A stretch of 64,000 bases of DNA, filler included, from Octopus bimaculoides (GCF_001194135.2; 4 parts of 3 records of this genome joined end to end with filler, not necessarily neighbours in it); one strand, 5' to 3'; positions 38,165 to 50,711 are shown, counted from the first letter of the whole stretch. Notes: generated by a model from the letters alone, not told the origin. A program made the numbers and translations.

Positions 38165-38512
38165 AATGATGTAGATCAGCATTCTTTTATTCTTTTACTT
38201 GTTTCAGTCATTTGACTGAGGCCATGCTGGAGCACCGCTTTTAGTCGAACAAATCGACTTCAGGACTTATTCTTTGTAAGCCTAGTACTTATTCTATTGG
38301 TGTCTTTTGCCGAACCGCTGGATTACGGGGACGTAGACACGCCAACATCGGTTGTCAAGCGATGGTGGGGGGATAAACATAGACACGCAAACATACACAC
38401 ACACACACATATATACGACGGGCTTCTTTTCAGTTTCCGTCTACCAAACCCACTAACAAGGCTTTGGTCGGCGCGAGGCTATAGTAGAAGACACTTTCCC
38501 AAGGTGCCATGC
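38165..38512 (-). mobile_element. SINE family B, 5'-truncated
   Basis: Reverse complement of 32700-33055. Confidence 0.9.
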
Positions 38513-40587
38513 ATTCTTCTTTTTTGAGCAGCGGGCCGTTTCATGAATGACAATTTTTCCATAGACCAGGGGATCAAGCGCGTAACAAAACACAATAAAA
38601 TGCATAACAAATCATTTAATTTTTGCATGTACAATCCTTTCTGCTATTGGGACAAGAGTTCAAATTTTTAAGGAAGGGGCGAGTTACTTGCATCAACTCT
38701 AGTGCTCAACTGATTTTTAATTTATCGACCCCGAAAGGTATAAAAGGTAAAGGCGACCTTGGCTGAATTTAAACTCAACGTAAAGTCGAATGAAATGCTG
38801 CTAAGCATCCTACCTGGCATGCTAACAATTCGTCACCTTAAAGTGAACTGGAATAAAGGCAAGACAATTTTTATTGCAGAAATAAAGGTTTCACGCTGTG
38901 TTGTAAATCCATCAGCAAGTGAAGATATGTAGATGTTTCAGAAAGTGTACTTGTATATTCGAACGAGTAGTCCTACATTTCCTATTAACTGGGAGAGAAA
39001 TGCTTTCCGGTAAGTTTCGTAATGGTAGTCCTATAAGCATCAAACATGAAATTGCTGTGCGCACATTGTTTTGCGTATTCATAATGTACAAACGGGATGA
39101 GGACAGAATCCAAATATTTCTTATCACATATCTCTCTCACTTTTACTTTCTTTTTGTTTTACGAAGAGAACACAGGAATACATTTAATATACCATTCGCA
39201 TTCCTTTCTTCGCTGACGAATGCACACTGATACACGAAACTTGTAGGTCCGAGGTGAAAAAGAAAATGCAATAATTTATTAATAGTAAAAATAATACGCT
39301 AATATAACATGTATTTTGTATGTATATCATTCATTTACTTTCTTTTACTTGTTTTAATTATTTGACTATGGCCATGCTGGGACACCACCATGAAGAATTC
39401 CAATCGAATGAATCGACCCCAGTACATGTTTATATATGTTTTATGTTTACATTTATCTTAGATTTTATTGTAATATGATCTACTAATACATAGCACTTTG
39501 TGTTTCTGTTATATTAAAAGATATATTGAGAAATATTTGCATTAAGCTATCATAGCAAAATATTGGTTATATATAAAACTGCTTATATGTTTTCTATACA
39601 TATATAGTGCTATACATGTATATACAACGGAGTTGAATATATATTTATTAAACAGAGAAAAGTGAACTTATTCACCATACATACATACATACATACATAC
39701 ACACATACATACATACATATACATACGTACGTTACAAACATATAACATACATATTGTTGAAGGCACGAAATTGCGTTTGACACTCTGGGTGATAACTGAT
39801 GCGCATTTGGTGACCTGTGTCTGTTTCCCGTTTGTTTGTGCATTTGTGTGTGTGTGTTTGTTGGGGGTGGGCGTGTGCGAACGCACCCATGCACACGCTC
39901 GTATTAATACAGACATACACGCCAAACTACATATATATATATATATATATGTTTATATTTACACACACACACACATGTTTATATCTACACACACATATAT
40001 AAACACATATACATACATATATGTGTGTGTATGCGCAAGAAGAGAGTGGGTTAGGGTTAGAGTTAGGGGGGAAACAAATGTGATTTCATTATACACGTTC
40101 AAGAACATAATCTGCACAATTGATATCACAGATAGTCATGCACATATGTGATATATATATGAATGCATAAACACCCCCCGCGCATGCGCGTGAGCACACA
40201 CACACACACATACACACACATACACGCACATGAGCACACTCACATACACGGATATTTAAGAAATTTACATGTAGGCCCGAAGACAGAAATAAAAGAACAG
40301 ATCACATCGCGCGAGTCAACCGCACAGCTGTCGTTTGCCATGTATGTATAGATATAAACATTTTAGACCGTACTTTTACCTTCTTAATCCCTTATCTATC
40401 TATCTATCTCTTTGTATGTGTCTCTTCTTCTTCTTCTTCACCTTCTTCTTCTTCTGCTTCTTCTCCTGCTTCTTCTTCTTCTTCTTTTTCTTCTTCTCTG
40501 TCTAGCTCTCCGTGTATATGTATATGTGTGTGTGTACATACATCTACATTTTTATGTATGTATTCATTTACACAGATGGAGAAGAAG

Positions 40588-40632
40588 ATAGATAGATAGA
40601 TAGATAGAGATAGATAGATAGATAGATAGATT
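40588..40632. repeat. (GATA)n microsatellite
   Basis: Directly visible. Confidence 0.9.
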
Positions 40633-41277
40633 ACTCCACACACATTCACTGATATATACGCACCAAAATGCAAAATGAATTGATTTCCTTCTTAAACCCT
40701 TTTATTCTGTCACTAGCACCATTATTATTATTGAATGTTATTGCATTATTGGTCTTTGCCAATAATGCGTGTGGAAAACTGATGCAACAGAGTGTCTACT
40801 AATAGCATTACACTGGGTCATTTCCTTACCCTGCAGACTTATTAATTCTTTCACACCAACTTCGAAAACTCAAGATGGACTCTATTAATACCTTGGAAGA
40901 CATCTGAATGGCTTATAACCACACGAATTAAAATCCCCTAATAAACATATGCAATTTGTAAAAGCCAAAGTGTTATCCAAGTCCCTTTCTCCATTACGAC
41001 TATATCGTATTTAAGGTTATTTTAAAAACAACATCCTCGTCTTTCTACGTTGCAGTTACAATATCGCTTTAAGTCATTTTAATTTACTAACATTTTAATC
41101 ATTTGCTTACCTCAGAAGACTTGTACTTTTCTTCCACCTCCTTAACTATTTCTTTAAGAATATCTGAGATCGCTTAAGTAGTTTTCATGGTAAAGAGATG
41201 GGACGAAGTTTTAGAGTTCTGAGTTCAAATTTCAGTCAATATTTAATCATATAGACAGCGATAAATATGAGTAATAG

Positions 41278-41675
41278 TTCTTTCTACTATAGTCACAAAG
41301 CCTGAATTTTTGGGGTAGGAGACTAGTCGATTACATCGAACCCAGTCCAGTGTTCGAATGGTACTTACTTTATCGACCCTAAAAGGGTGAAATACCGCTA
41401 AGCATTTTGCCCTGCATGCTAATGATTCTGCCAGCTTGCTAATAATAATAATAATAATAATATTTTCTACAATAGACACAAGGTCTGAAATTTTGTGGGG
41501 AGGAGGCCAGTCGATTAGATCGACCCCACTACGCAACTGGTACTTGATTTATCGATCCCGAAAAGGATGAAAGGTGAAGTCGACCTCGGCGGAATTTGAA
41601 CTCAGAACGTAGTAGCAGACGAAATACCGCTAAGCATTTCGCCCGGTGAGCTAACGATCCTGCCAGCTCGCCACC

Positions 41676-41677
<2 letters not shown>
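41278..41677 (-). mobile_element. Two family C SINEs (41278-41440, 41462-41677) separated and flanked by (TAA)n
   Basis: Head GGTGGCGAGCTGGCAGGATCGTTAG on the minus strand; B-box GAGTTCAAATTCC. Confidence 0.9.
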
Positions 41678-41730
<53 letters not shown>

Positions 41731-41731
<1 letters not shown>

Positions 41732-41907
41732 CTTGAGAAGTTCATGGAACAAATAGGGGCTGCAATAAGGGTGGAGCACTTGCAGAAAACAGCATTGCTT
41801 GGAATCACTCGAATACTCCGAAAAATAAAGGGTGTTACCTTAGTTCAGTGGTAGTAAACAATTGACACCGTCGTACATCTCCAGTGTTAGAAACTGTGCA
41901 AAGACAG

Positions 41908-41909
<2 letters not shown>
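41731..41909 (+). mobile_element. Very short R4/Dong 3' end inside (TAA)n
   Basis: LEKFMEQIGAAIRVEHLQKTALLGITRILRK, then a UTR and a (TAA)n tail. Confidence 0.8.
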
Positions 41910-41957
<48 letters not shown>

Positions 41958-41959
<2 letters not shown>

Positions 41960-42145
41960 GCTTCAAATTTTGCCACAAACGCAGCAGCTTTGGGGGAGAG
42001 GATGAGTCGATAACATCGACCTCAGTGTTCAACTGGTACTTATTTTATCGACCCCGAAAGGATGAAAGGTAAAGTCAACCTCGGCGGAATTTGAACTCAG
42101 AATGTAGAGACGGGTGAAATACAGCTAAGCATTTCGTCCGGCGCG
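41958..42145 (-). mobile_element. SINE family C
   Basis: Same body as the other family C copies; (TTA)n tail. Confidence 0.85.
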
Positions 42146-42149
42146 ATCG

Positions 42150-42678
42150 CAAAAGTCTGTAACATGCTTGCTCAGAGAGAATATAAAAGCGTCACGATGA
42201 AGTGCGCTCACACTTCCGCTGGTCTTCATCCAAAAGCGGGGTGGGGTTCCAAACACTAAGAAATGGTATCAACACAAACCCGAAGGGTCCTTGAAAATTA
42301 GACTGTGAAATTCTTGTGAGAATTAGAGATTGAGTTCTTGAACAGATAAGCCCGGACATAATTTTGGTGGAGAAAAGTACTGTAAGGATGAGTTTGTTGA
42401 TTATAGCTTGCCCAGATGATAAATACATGAATGGTAATGAAAACGAGAAAATCGTGCAATATGCAGACTTGAGAATAGATGTCGTGAGCATTTATTATAT
42501 AAAAGCAAGAATGGTACCAATTGTGGTTGGAGCACTTAGTTTGGTGACAAAAGAAAAAAAAAACTTCCTGAAACACCTCGACACAATTGGAACGTGTCCC
42601 AGCATTACGACATTGATTAAAACAACACTTTTGGGAACAGCAAATATTTTGCGGGCAGTACTGACTGAGGTTATATAA
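42150..42678 (+). mobile_element. R4/Dong RLE fragment (divergent lineage)
   Basis: CNMLAQREYK..KKWYQHKPE..KPDIILVEK..NEKIVQYADL..MVPIVVGAL..LLGTANILR. Confidence 0.85.
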
Positions 42679-43351
42679 TTTGATTGAGAGTCAACTAAAT
42701 GATCCAGTTTTAACAAGACCGACTCTTTGCAAATGAAATCAGAATAATAAAAGAAGTGAAGCACGATCAAAAGTGGTTAAGCAGAAATGTAATCAAAGAC
42801 ATTCTGACTGTAATTAATGTCATGTTATTCTTGGGTGCTTTTGAAAAAAAGTATACTATTTTTAAACACTTGTCAGTTGTTATTTGTTGTTAGTTGAAGG
42901 CACGCCTAAGCAGCGATAGTTAACAAAGTTGTATGCAATTATATTTAACATGTTCATATGCACTTGCAAAAAAAATGTGGAAAGTCTTTCCCCTTTCAAA
43001 TGAAAGAAACAGAAACAAGGGCAGTATGTGTGAAGACACATCAAACTAAGAAGGTTATGAACGACATAACTGAAGAGCAGGACGCATGCTTCTGCGTTGT
43101 TATTTCTCATCAGGTTAGCTGACATACATACGAATCTGCACATGCGCAACCTCCAAATACTGCCCTTTTACACACATTCATGCAAAAGTTCCGTTGATGT
43201 TGTTGAAATTTCAATGGAGGAGCCTTGGATCTAGGTTAGAAATCGGCTTTCTCTCTATTGGTAAGAGAACTTGAAATAAAACTGAATAATGATATACATA
43301 TATACATACATACACACACACGCACACACACATGCACATACCCCCCCCCCC

Positions 43352-43601
43352 ATTGTTATATTTCAGGATGGTCATTTTTTTTGACAAATAAACGCACACA
43401 CTATATATTCGTTCTTCACTATTCAAGAGAAGATACATGGGACAGAATCGCTGAAGAGGTCACAGGATGTGTGACGAAAGATTTCTGGACAAAGGATATA
43501 AAATAAGAACAGTAATAAATCTGAAATAAAGAATGAATAAATAGTCCGTGTGTTTATTTGGCAAAAAAAAAAAAAAAGTGACCATCCTGAAATATAACAA
43601 T
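43352..43601. mobile_element. MITE-like element with about 55-bp inverted arms enclosing a hammerhead-like motif
   Basis: ATTGTTATATTTCAGGATGGTCA(T)n..CAAATAAAC at 43352-43403 is inverted at 43542-43601; CTGAAGA...GAAA at 43451-43479. Confidence 0.75.
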
Positions 43602-44266
43602 ATCTGTTTCAACACACGATTTCACATCAGGGATCTTGCAAAACAAATTCATAAACGTGTGTGTGTTTGTATACACACACACACACACACGCATACATAC
43701 ATATATATATATACATACATACACACATACATACATATATATATATATACATACATACACACATACATACATATATATATATACATACATACACACATAC
43801 ATACATATATATATATACATACATACACACATACATACATATNNNNNNNNNNNNNNNNNNNNNNNNNNNNNNNNNNNNNNNNNNNNNNNNNNNNNNNNNN
43901 NNNNNNNNNNNNNNNNNNNNNNNNNNNNNNNNNNNNNNNNNNNNNNNNNNNNNNNNNNNNNNNNNNNNNNNNNNNNNNNNNNNNNNNNNNNNNNNNNNNN
44001 NNNNNNNNNNNNNNNNNNNNNNNNNNNNNNNNNNNNNNNNNNNNNNNNNNNNNNNNNNNNNNNNNNNNNNNNNNNNNNNNNNNNNNNNNNNNNNNNNNNN
44101 NNNNNNNNNNNNNNNNNNNNNNNNNNNNNNNNNNNNNNNNNNNNNNNNNNNNNNNNNNNNNNNNNNNNNNNNNNNNNNNNNNNNNNNNNNNNNNNNNNNN
44201 NNNNNNNNNNNNNNNNNNNNNNNNNNNNNNNNNNNNNNNATAATACCTGTACATTACCTCCAAACC

Positions 44267-44311
<45 letters not shown>

Positions 44312-45005
44312 GACATGCAGTAAATACAGGACATTACCAACGAGCAAAAAACACGTAAACACACGAGAGATAAGCACAGGACAAAATACCAAAAAATACA
44401 CAATAATAAAAGGACATCACCAACGGATGAAAATACGTAAACACCTAACGAAAGACAAGTACGGGACAAAATACCAAAAGAAGTCTAACTCCTCCTCAGT
44501 TGTCGACTGTTTATTACTACCTATTTCGAGCTTTCAACGACAAGATAGGAAAACTTCATAAGACAACAGCATCCAGAAATTTTTAAAATATATAATTTGT
44601 GGAGAGTTAGGACTTCGAACGAATAAACAGCAACAGAGTGGACGTACAGACTAAGCAATCGACGAAGACAAACATTAAGAGCCGTTAGGTGAGAGAAATG
44701 GCCTGTAATCCGTGTGAGCAAATATGCAGAGGGGAAGGGGGACAAGAGAGAGGATGAGGAAAAGAAACAAATGAAGTGAGGAGAAGGGAGAAAGAAGGAA
44801 AGATAGAAAGAAATGGAAGAAAGACAGGGGACAGCAAAGGACGAGGGGGAGAAACGGAAAATAAAGAGGATTATAGAGGGATAGAGAGAAAAAAAGAAGA
44901 CAGAGTGTGGAGTCGCAGAAATTATAAACAAATGTAAGAACTTACTGTGGACAAAGCTGCGTGGCGTTCGATTATAAATAAATAAAAGATAACATTAAGT
45001 AATAC

Positions 45006-45065
<60 letters not shown>

Positions 45066-45849
45066 GACGGATGTCTTTCAGATTTTGTCTACCTAATACA
45101 TTCACAAGACATTAGTCAGTCTCGAACTATAGTATGTGCGCAAGCTAACTTCTTACCACACAGCAACTTCTACGCCTTAAACATGTATGTATCAGCACAA
45201 GACAGATACTTCAGTAGCTGTTTTCTAAAATGACTATAAATTACAGAATATAAATTTACTTCAACCTACCCCAACCATTCTACCATTCTGCCATTACGTC
45301 GTGCTTTTTCACCAATAGAACTGTATACTCTTGAATGCAACTAATATTTCCTATGTTATTTTCTGAATTGTTCATTTTGTAAGTCCTCGAAGTTCAAGAT
45401 GGCAAAAATTAAGGTCAGAGACTAATATGAAAGAATAGACTAATTATAGAATAGAAAATTAAATGGAAAAAAATTAAATTCTTTGGAGCATATTCAAGCC
45501 CAATTTTTCTTGTGATAAACACTGCTGTAAGAGTTGAACAAGTAATGAAGGCGCCGGAAAGAAATTGATTTTACAAATTAGAAAACCAATACAATTGTTT
45601 ACGGCTTTTAGTCTTATGAATTTTAGGACCAATGTTGACAGACAATATAGAACTTGTTTGAACTCAAAACGCGAAAAGTCTAGACCGCCTTGGCTTGCTG
45701 CATTTTTATCGATTCGAAACGGATGTAAAGCAAAGTTTATCTCGGTAGGATTTGAACTTAGAATGCAGAGGCTTGGAACAAACACTGCGACAACTATGCC
45801 AGTTCACCACCTCTGCAAATCCAACATTTATAATCATATATAGTTGAAC

Positions 45850-46950
45850 AGTACCGATCTCGTATAAAAATGGCAACCCCTTTGGGAAGGAGACTACCAG
45901 TATGGAGTTTTCCTTGTATTTCTTTTAAAAGTCAACTCTAGTTTGTATTTTTTTTTATAGTTAACAGAACAACATTTATGTAAATGTTTTTGTAAGAAAT
46001 GGATTTTCCTCGGTTAATATGTAGTTTTAAGTACAATTCACACAAAGTTGGAGCGGGATGTGGGAAATGGATGAAAAAGGTTTCGAATTTACAAATTGGT
46101 GGAGTGCAGAAGAATAAAAAAACATTTGTTTGTCTGGGAACATTTTAGATCACATGTAGTGAAGAGAATTGTTGATAATAATATACAATCACAGAACATT
46201 GGTGGATTGACAAATGTATGTTATGTAACCACTGGATGTTGAAACCATTAGATGTAAGTATTAACGAACCATTTAAAAATATAATGAATACGAGGAGGAA
46301 CATACGGTTGTGTGACGGGGGGAAAATACACTCGAAAATGGGCAGTATGCGGGCCGCAGTTTGTGAATGAATCGTTAATAGTCAAATCATTTAAGAAACC
46401 TAAAATTATTCTAGAAATTTCGTATGGATTGGATGGCAAAGAAGAGGAATATCTGAGATGATTATGATGATGGTGGTTGTGGTAGCAGCGACGCCGGTGG
46501 TGGTAGCTGTGGCGGCGGCGGCGCTGTTGGAGTTGGTGGTGGTGGTAGTGGCTGTGGTGGTGGTGGTGGTGGTGATGATGATAATGATGGCGATGATGAT
46601 GACGACGATGTCGATGATGATAAAGAAGAAGAAGAAGAAGAAGAAGAAGAAGAAGAAAAAGAAGAAAAAGAAGTTGCAGATGATGCGCAGTCTGTAATTA
46701 CAGGCAGTGGTGATGAAGAAAGTCCGTATGATGACATGATTCACTTCGATGCAGGGTCATTCAGTGCTGAATATGATGAACAGTGTGGATTTCTGTCGTG
46801 ATTTTATTGAAATTTTATGTTTGAAACGTTTAAGATTCACAATATAATTGTTAACTTAAAACCATAAACAAGTTCTGTTTCAATTTCATTTGTATAAAGC
46901 TTACAAATTCATTCATATCCAATTACCATATTTATTGTTTTTGCTTTAAT
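45850..46950 (+). pseudogene. pogo/Tigger-family transposase remnant
   Basis: LFVWEHFRSHV..GGLT, LKPLDVSINEPFK and IVKSFKK..GLDGKEEEYL at about 46130-46460, followed by an acidic microsatellite tail. Confidence 0.75.
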
Positions 46951-47004
46951 ATATATATGTATATATATATTAATTTACTTCATCCTACGCCTTCAATATA
47001 AATT

Positions 47005-47399
47005 TAGTGGCTGTGTGGTAAGTAGCTCGCTTACCAACCACATGGTCCCGGGCTCAGTCCCACTGCGTGGCACCTTGGGCAAGTGGCTTCTACTATAGCC
47101 TCGGGCCGACCAAAGCCTTGTGAGTGGATTTGGTAGACGGAAACTGAAAGAAGCCCGTCGTAGTATGTATATGTATGTATATGTGTGTGTGTGTTTGTGT
47201 GTCTGTGTTTGTCCTTCCAACATCGCTTGACAACCGATGTTGGTGTGTTTACGTCCCCGTAACTTAGCGGTTCGGCAAAAGAGACCGATAGAATAAGTAC
47301 TAGGCTTCCAAAGAATAAGTCCTGGGGTCGATTTGCTCGACTAAAGGCGGTGCTCCAGCATGGCCGCAGTCAAATGACTGAAACAAGTAAAAGAGTAAA

Positions 47400-47470
<71 letters not shown>

Positions 47471-47703
47471 TGTATGTATGTATATGTATATATGGTGCTC
47501 CAGTATGGCCGCAGTCAAATGACTGAAACAAAAAAAAGAATAAAAGAATAGTGGCTGTGTGGTAAGTAGTTTGCTTACCAACCACATGGCTCTGGGTTCA
47601 GTCCCACTGCCAGGTACCTTGGGCAAATATCTTCTACTATAGCCGCAGGCCGACCAAAGCCTTGGGAGTGGATTTGGTAGATGGAAACTGAAAGAAAACC
47701 ATC

Positions 47704-47705
<2 letters not shown>
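47005..47705 (+). mobile_element. SINE family B full copy (47005-47400), duplicated tail (47492-47545) and second 5' half (47550-47705)
   Basis: Direct homology to 32642-33055. Confidence 0.9.
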
Positions 47706-47745
<40 letters not shown>

Positions 47746-47904
47746 NNNNNNNNNNNNNNNNNNNNNNNNNNNNNNNNNNNNNNNNNNNNNNNNNNNNNNN
47801 NNNNNNNNNNNNNNNNNNNNNNNNNNNNNNNNNNNNNNNNNNNNNNNNNNNNNNNNNNNNNNNNNNNNNNNNNNNNNNNNNNNNNNNNNNNNNNNNNNNN
47901 NNAA

Positions 47905-48458
47905 AAGGGCAAGACAAATGAAAAAATACTAAATAAAAAAACGATTAACCTACGTACCATGGTTTCACCTGTTAAAAATTACATAAGTAAATATCTGCAG
48001 GCTCATCAGCGTAGTCTGTCGATTTATAAAATATAATTTCCAGAACTAGACACAAGACGTACACCCGAAATGGAGCCCGTGTAGAGTTCTACAAATTACA
48101 TTCAGTGTATCCTTTCAAATGTCCTCAATCTGGCGCGCTAAGTCCGGAAATAACTCTGCAGTTAATAAATTTTTGCAGCTAATTTACCGGTTTGAGAACA
48201 TCATTATTTAAAATTTATTAATAAGGGTAGAAATTGATATTAATCAATTAAAACCAGTGGTCTAACATATTAATAAAATCCGAAGATTAAAATTATATTA
48301 CGTACAAAAATAAGAGGAATGACCAGCAAAAGTGGACTCCTATATGCTAGAAATAGATGCCGAATCATCTAACCACATTTGAATGATGTTCTCAAACCGG
48401 TAAATTAGCTGCAAAAATTTATTAACTGCAGAGTTATTTCCGGACTGAGCGCGCCAGA
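47905..48458 (-). mobile_element. Penelope-like terminal-repeat relic with an inverted partial copy
   Basis: Carries an intact hammerhead (47950-48014) and a 77-bp inverted duplication (48129-48205 vs 48382-48458); no RT/GIY-YIG coding sequence seen, so family assignment is inference. Confidence 0.6.
47950..48014 (-). ncRNA. Type I hammerhead ribozyme, complete core
   Basis: CTACG-CTGATGA-GCCTG-(26 nt)-CAGGT-GAAA-CCATGG-TA/CGTAG: stem I CTACG:CGTAG, stem II GCCTG:CAGGT, palindromic stem III ACCATGGT, GUA cleavage triplet. Confidence 0.85.
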
Positions 48459-48461
48459 GTT

Positions 48462-48850
48462 ATTAGTGGCATTTCGTCCGTCTTTATGTTCTGAGTTCAA
48501 ATCCCGCCGAGGTCGACTTTGCCTTTCATCCTTTCGGGGTGGATAAATTAAGTACCAGTTACGCACGGGGTCGATGTAATCCACTTAATCCCTTTGTCTG
48601 TGCTTGTTTGTCCCCTCTATGTTTTGCCCTTTGTGGGCAATAAAGAAATAAGAATCGTTAGCACGCCGGGCAAATGACTTAGTGGCATTTCGTCCGTCTT
48701 TACGTTCTGAGTTCAAATTTCGCCAAGGTCAGCTTTGCCATTAATCCTCTTGGGGTCGATGAAATAAATACCAGCTGAGCACTGAGGTCGATGTTATCCA
48801 CTTAGCCCCTCCCCCTAATTGCTGGGCTAGTGCCAAAAATTGAAACCAAT
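48462..48850 (+). mobile_element. Two tandem family C SINEs with different tails
   Basis: TTAGTGGCATTTCGTCCGTCTTTA.GTTCTGAGTTCAAAT repeated at about 48463 and 48679. Confidence 0.9.
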
Positions 48851-48911
48851 ATATTTATAGCCTTAAAATTCATTGAATTAAAAATATTAACATCTTTGCA
48901 CGTTGATAACT

Positions 48912-49173
48912 GTCACCCCGTCGGTTACGACGACATGGCTTCCAGTTGATCCGATCAATGAAACAGTCTACCGCTACGCGTACTTTTAACGCAGTTATCA
49001 GGGAGATTCAATCAGGTCGGCTCTTTGAATTACAGGTACAACTCATTTTTTGCCAGCTCAGTGAACTGGAGTAACGTGAAAAAAAAGTATTTTGCTCAAG
49101 GAGACGATTCGCCGCCGGGAATCGAACTTATGATCGTGAGCCGATTAACCTAACCACTAAGCCACGCTCCTTC
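48912..49173 (-). mobile_element. SINE family A variant
   Basis: tRNA-like head and shared family A tail. Confidence 0.8.
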
Positions 49174-49184
49174 ACAGAAATATT

Positions 49185-49365
49185 ACTCTTTTACTTGTTT
49201 CAGTCATTTGACTGCAGCCATGCTGGAGCACCGCCTTTAGTCGAACAAATCTACCCCAGAACTTATTCGGTCGGTTTTTCTTTTGCCGAACCGCTAGGTT
49301 ACAGGGACGTAAACACACCAACATCGCTTGTCAAGCGATGATGGGGGGACAAACACACAAATACA
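49185..49365 (-). mobile_element. SINE family B, 3' half
   Basis: Reverse complement of the family B tail. Confidence 0.85.
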
Positions 49366-49381
49366 CACATCTCTCTCTCTC

Positions 49382-49416
<35 letters not shown>

Positions 49417-49516
49417 NNNNNNNNNNNNNNNNNNNNNNNNNNNNNNNNNNNNNNNNNNNNTTAATTAATTAANNNNNNNNNNNNNNNNNNNNNNNNNNNN
49501 NNNNNNNNNNNNNNNN
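49417..49516. other. Artificial scaffold-join linker
   Basis: 44N-TTAATTAATTAA-44N. Confidence 0.95.
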
Positions 49517-49554
<38 letters not shown>

Positions 49555-49559
49555 TAAGT

Positions 49560-49686
49560 CAAACCAGACAATGGAGTCTGGTGCAGCTCTCCGGCTTACC
49601 AGCTCCTGTCAAACCGTCCAACCCATGCCAGCATGGAAGACGGACGTTAAATAATAATGATGATGATGATAATGATGATGATGATG
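49560..49686 (+). mobile_element. 3' end of a retroposon (probably RTE-type) with (TGA)n tail
   Basis: TCAAACCGTCCAACCCATGCCAGCATGGAAGACGGACGTTAAA followed by (TGA)n; family by recall only. Confidence 0.55.
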
Positions 49687-49855
49687 TATTCTTTCCACAG
49701 ACTAGCTACAACTTCACCGGAGTTATACCTGGCAAATATTTAGTCATGGTAAGTGAGCCATTTCTTTGTAATATGTTTTTTATTGTCTTTTTTAATTTGC
49801 CAATGAAATAATAAATTTCAAGTGTTTTCTGTAACTGAAATTTGTAACGGTGCCA

Positions 49856-50066
49856 TATTGTCATTAACTTACCAACTTCGTATTGTCGGATAACTTGTCA
49901 ACATCGTATCGTACAAACTGTCAGTGTGGTCCATAACGTGACAGCGTGACATTGCCCATAACGTGACGACTTGACACTTGACACTCTTATAATGTGAAGA
50001 CGTGGTTTTGTCCATAACTCTTCAAGGTGTTATTGTCTACATCTGTCAACATGATATTGTCGATAC
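49856..50066. repeat. Degenerate tandem array of about 25-bp period
   Basis: Core resembling TATTGTCCATAAC recurs at about 49856, 49881, 49907, 49927, 49951, 50006, 50031, 50055. Confidence 0.6.
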
Positions 50067-50661
50067 CGTGCTTAATCTGCTCTTTCACTAATCTGAAAAT
50101 AATAAGATCAAAACTTTTTATTAAAAAAAAACAAAAAAATCTGCGGAAATTTTGTCAGTGCAGTAAGTAAATATTTGTCACCTACACTTTATGTTTGAAG
50201 ACTAAACTTACTCGCAACTCCGGAATCATGCGAAAGACTTTTAACAATGTTGTTTTTATTGTTATTGTTTGGACCCGAATTAGGTCTTATTGAACATGGT
50301 GGTCATGGTTAGAATGGCTTTGCTTGGTCAGAACCCTGTAAACAACAACAAACTACATATATTTTCAGCTAACAAAACTCCTGTGTTTCCTTCTAGATAA
50401 GACCTTGGGCAAAAGACAGATTCTGTAAAGTATGCCGGAGAACATACACTTCAAGCTTCTCAGTGAACAGTAAGTACAAAATACTGACATTATGAGTTCA
50501 AATCCTGGTTGAATCAACTCTGCTTTTCATTTTCCCATAACTGATAAAATCCAGCGTGATTGATAAAATAATGTACTGATCCATCCAGATACCAATCAAA
50601 TCTATCAGGTAGCAATCAAATGTCGATATATCAATCAATTGTACTCATCAATGGAGGTATT

Positions 50662-50711
<50 letters not shown>

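Noticed and set aside
38942-39009. Plus-strand 68-nt candidate exon with G|GTAAGT donor
   Set aside because: Two open frames, neither recognisable; poor polypyrimidine tract.
40049-40068. GGGTTAGGGTTAGAGTTAGGG telomere-like stretch
   Set aside because: Only about three units, one imperfect; too short to call an interstitial telomere.
43066-43106. CTGAAGA-GCAG..CTGC hammerhead-like start
   Set aside because: Stem II is followed by GTTG rather than GAAA; the core is incomplete.
44480-44548. Minus-strand ATC-TTGTCG..CGACAA-CTGAGGA-GGAG..CTTC resembling a type III hammerhead
   Set aside because: No GAAA after stem II and no helix III partner.
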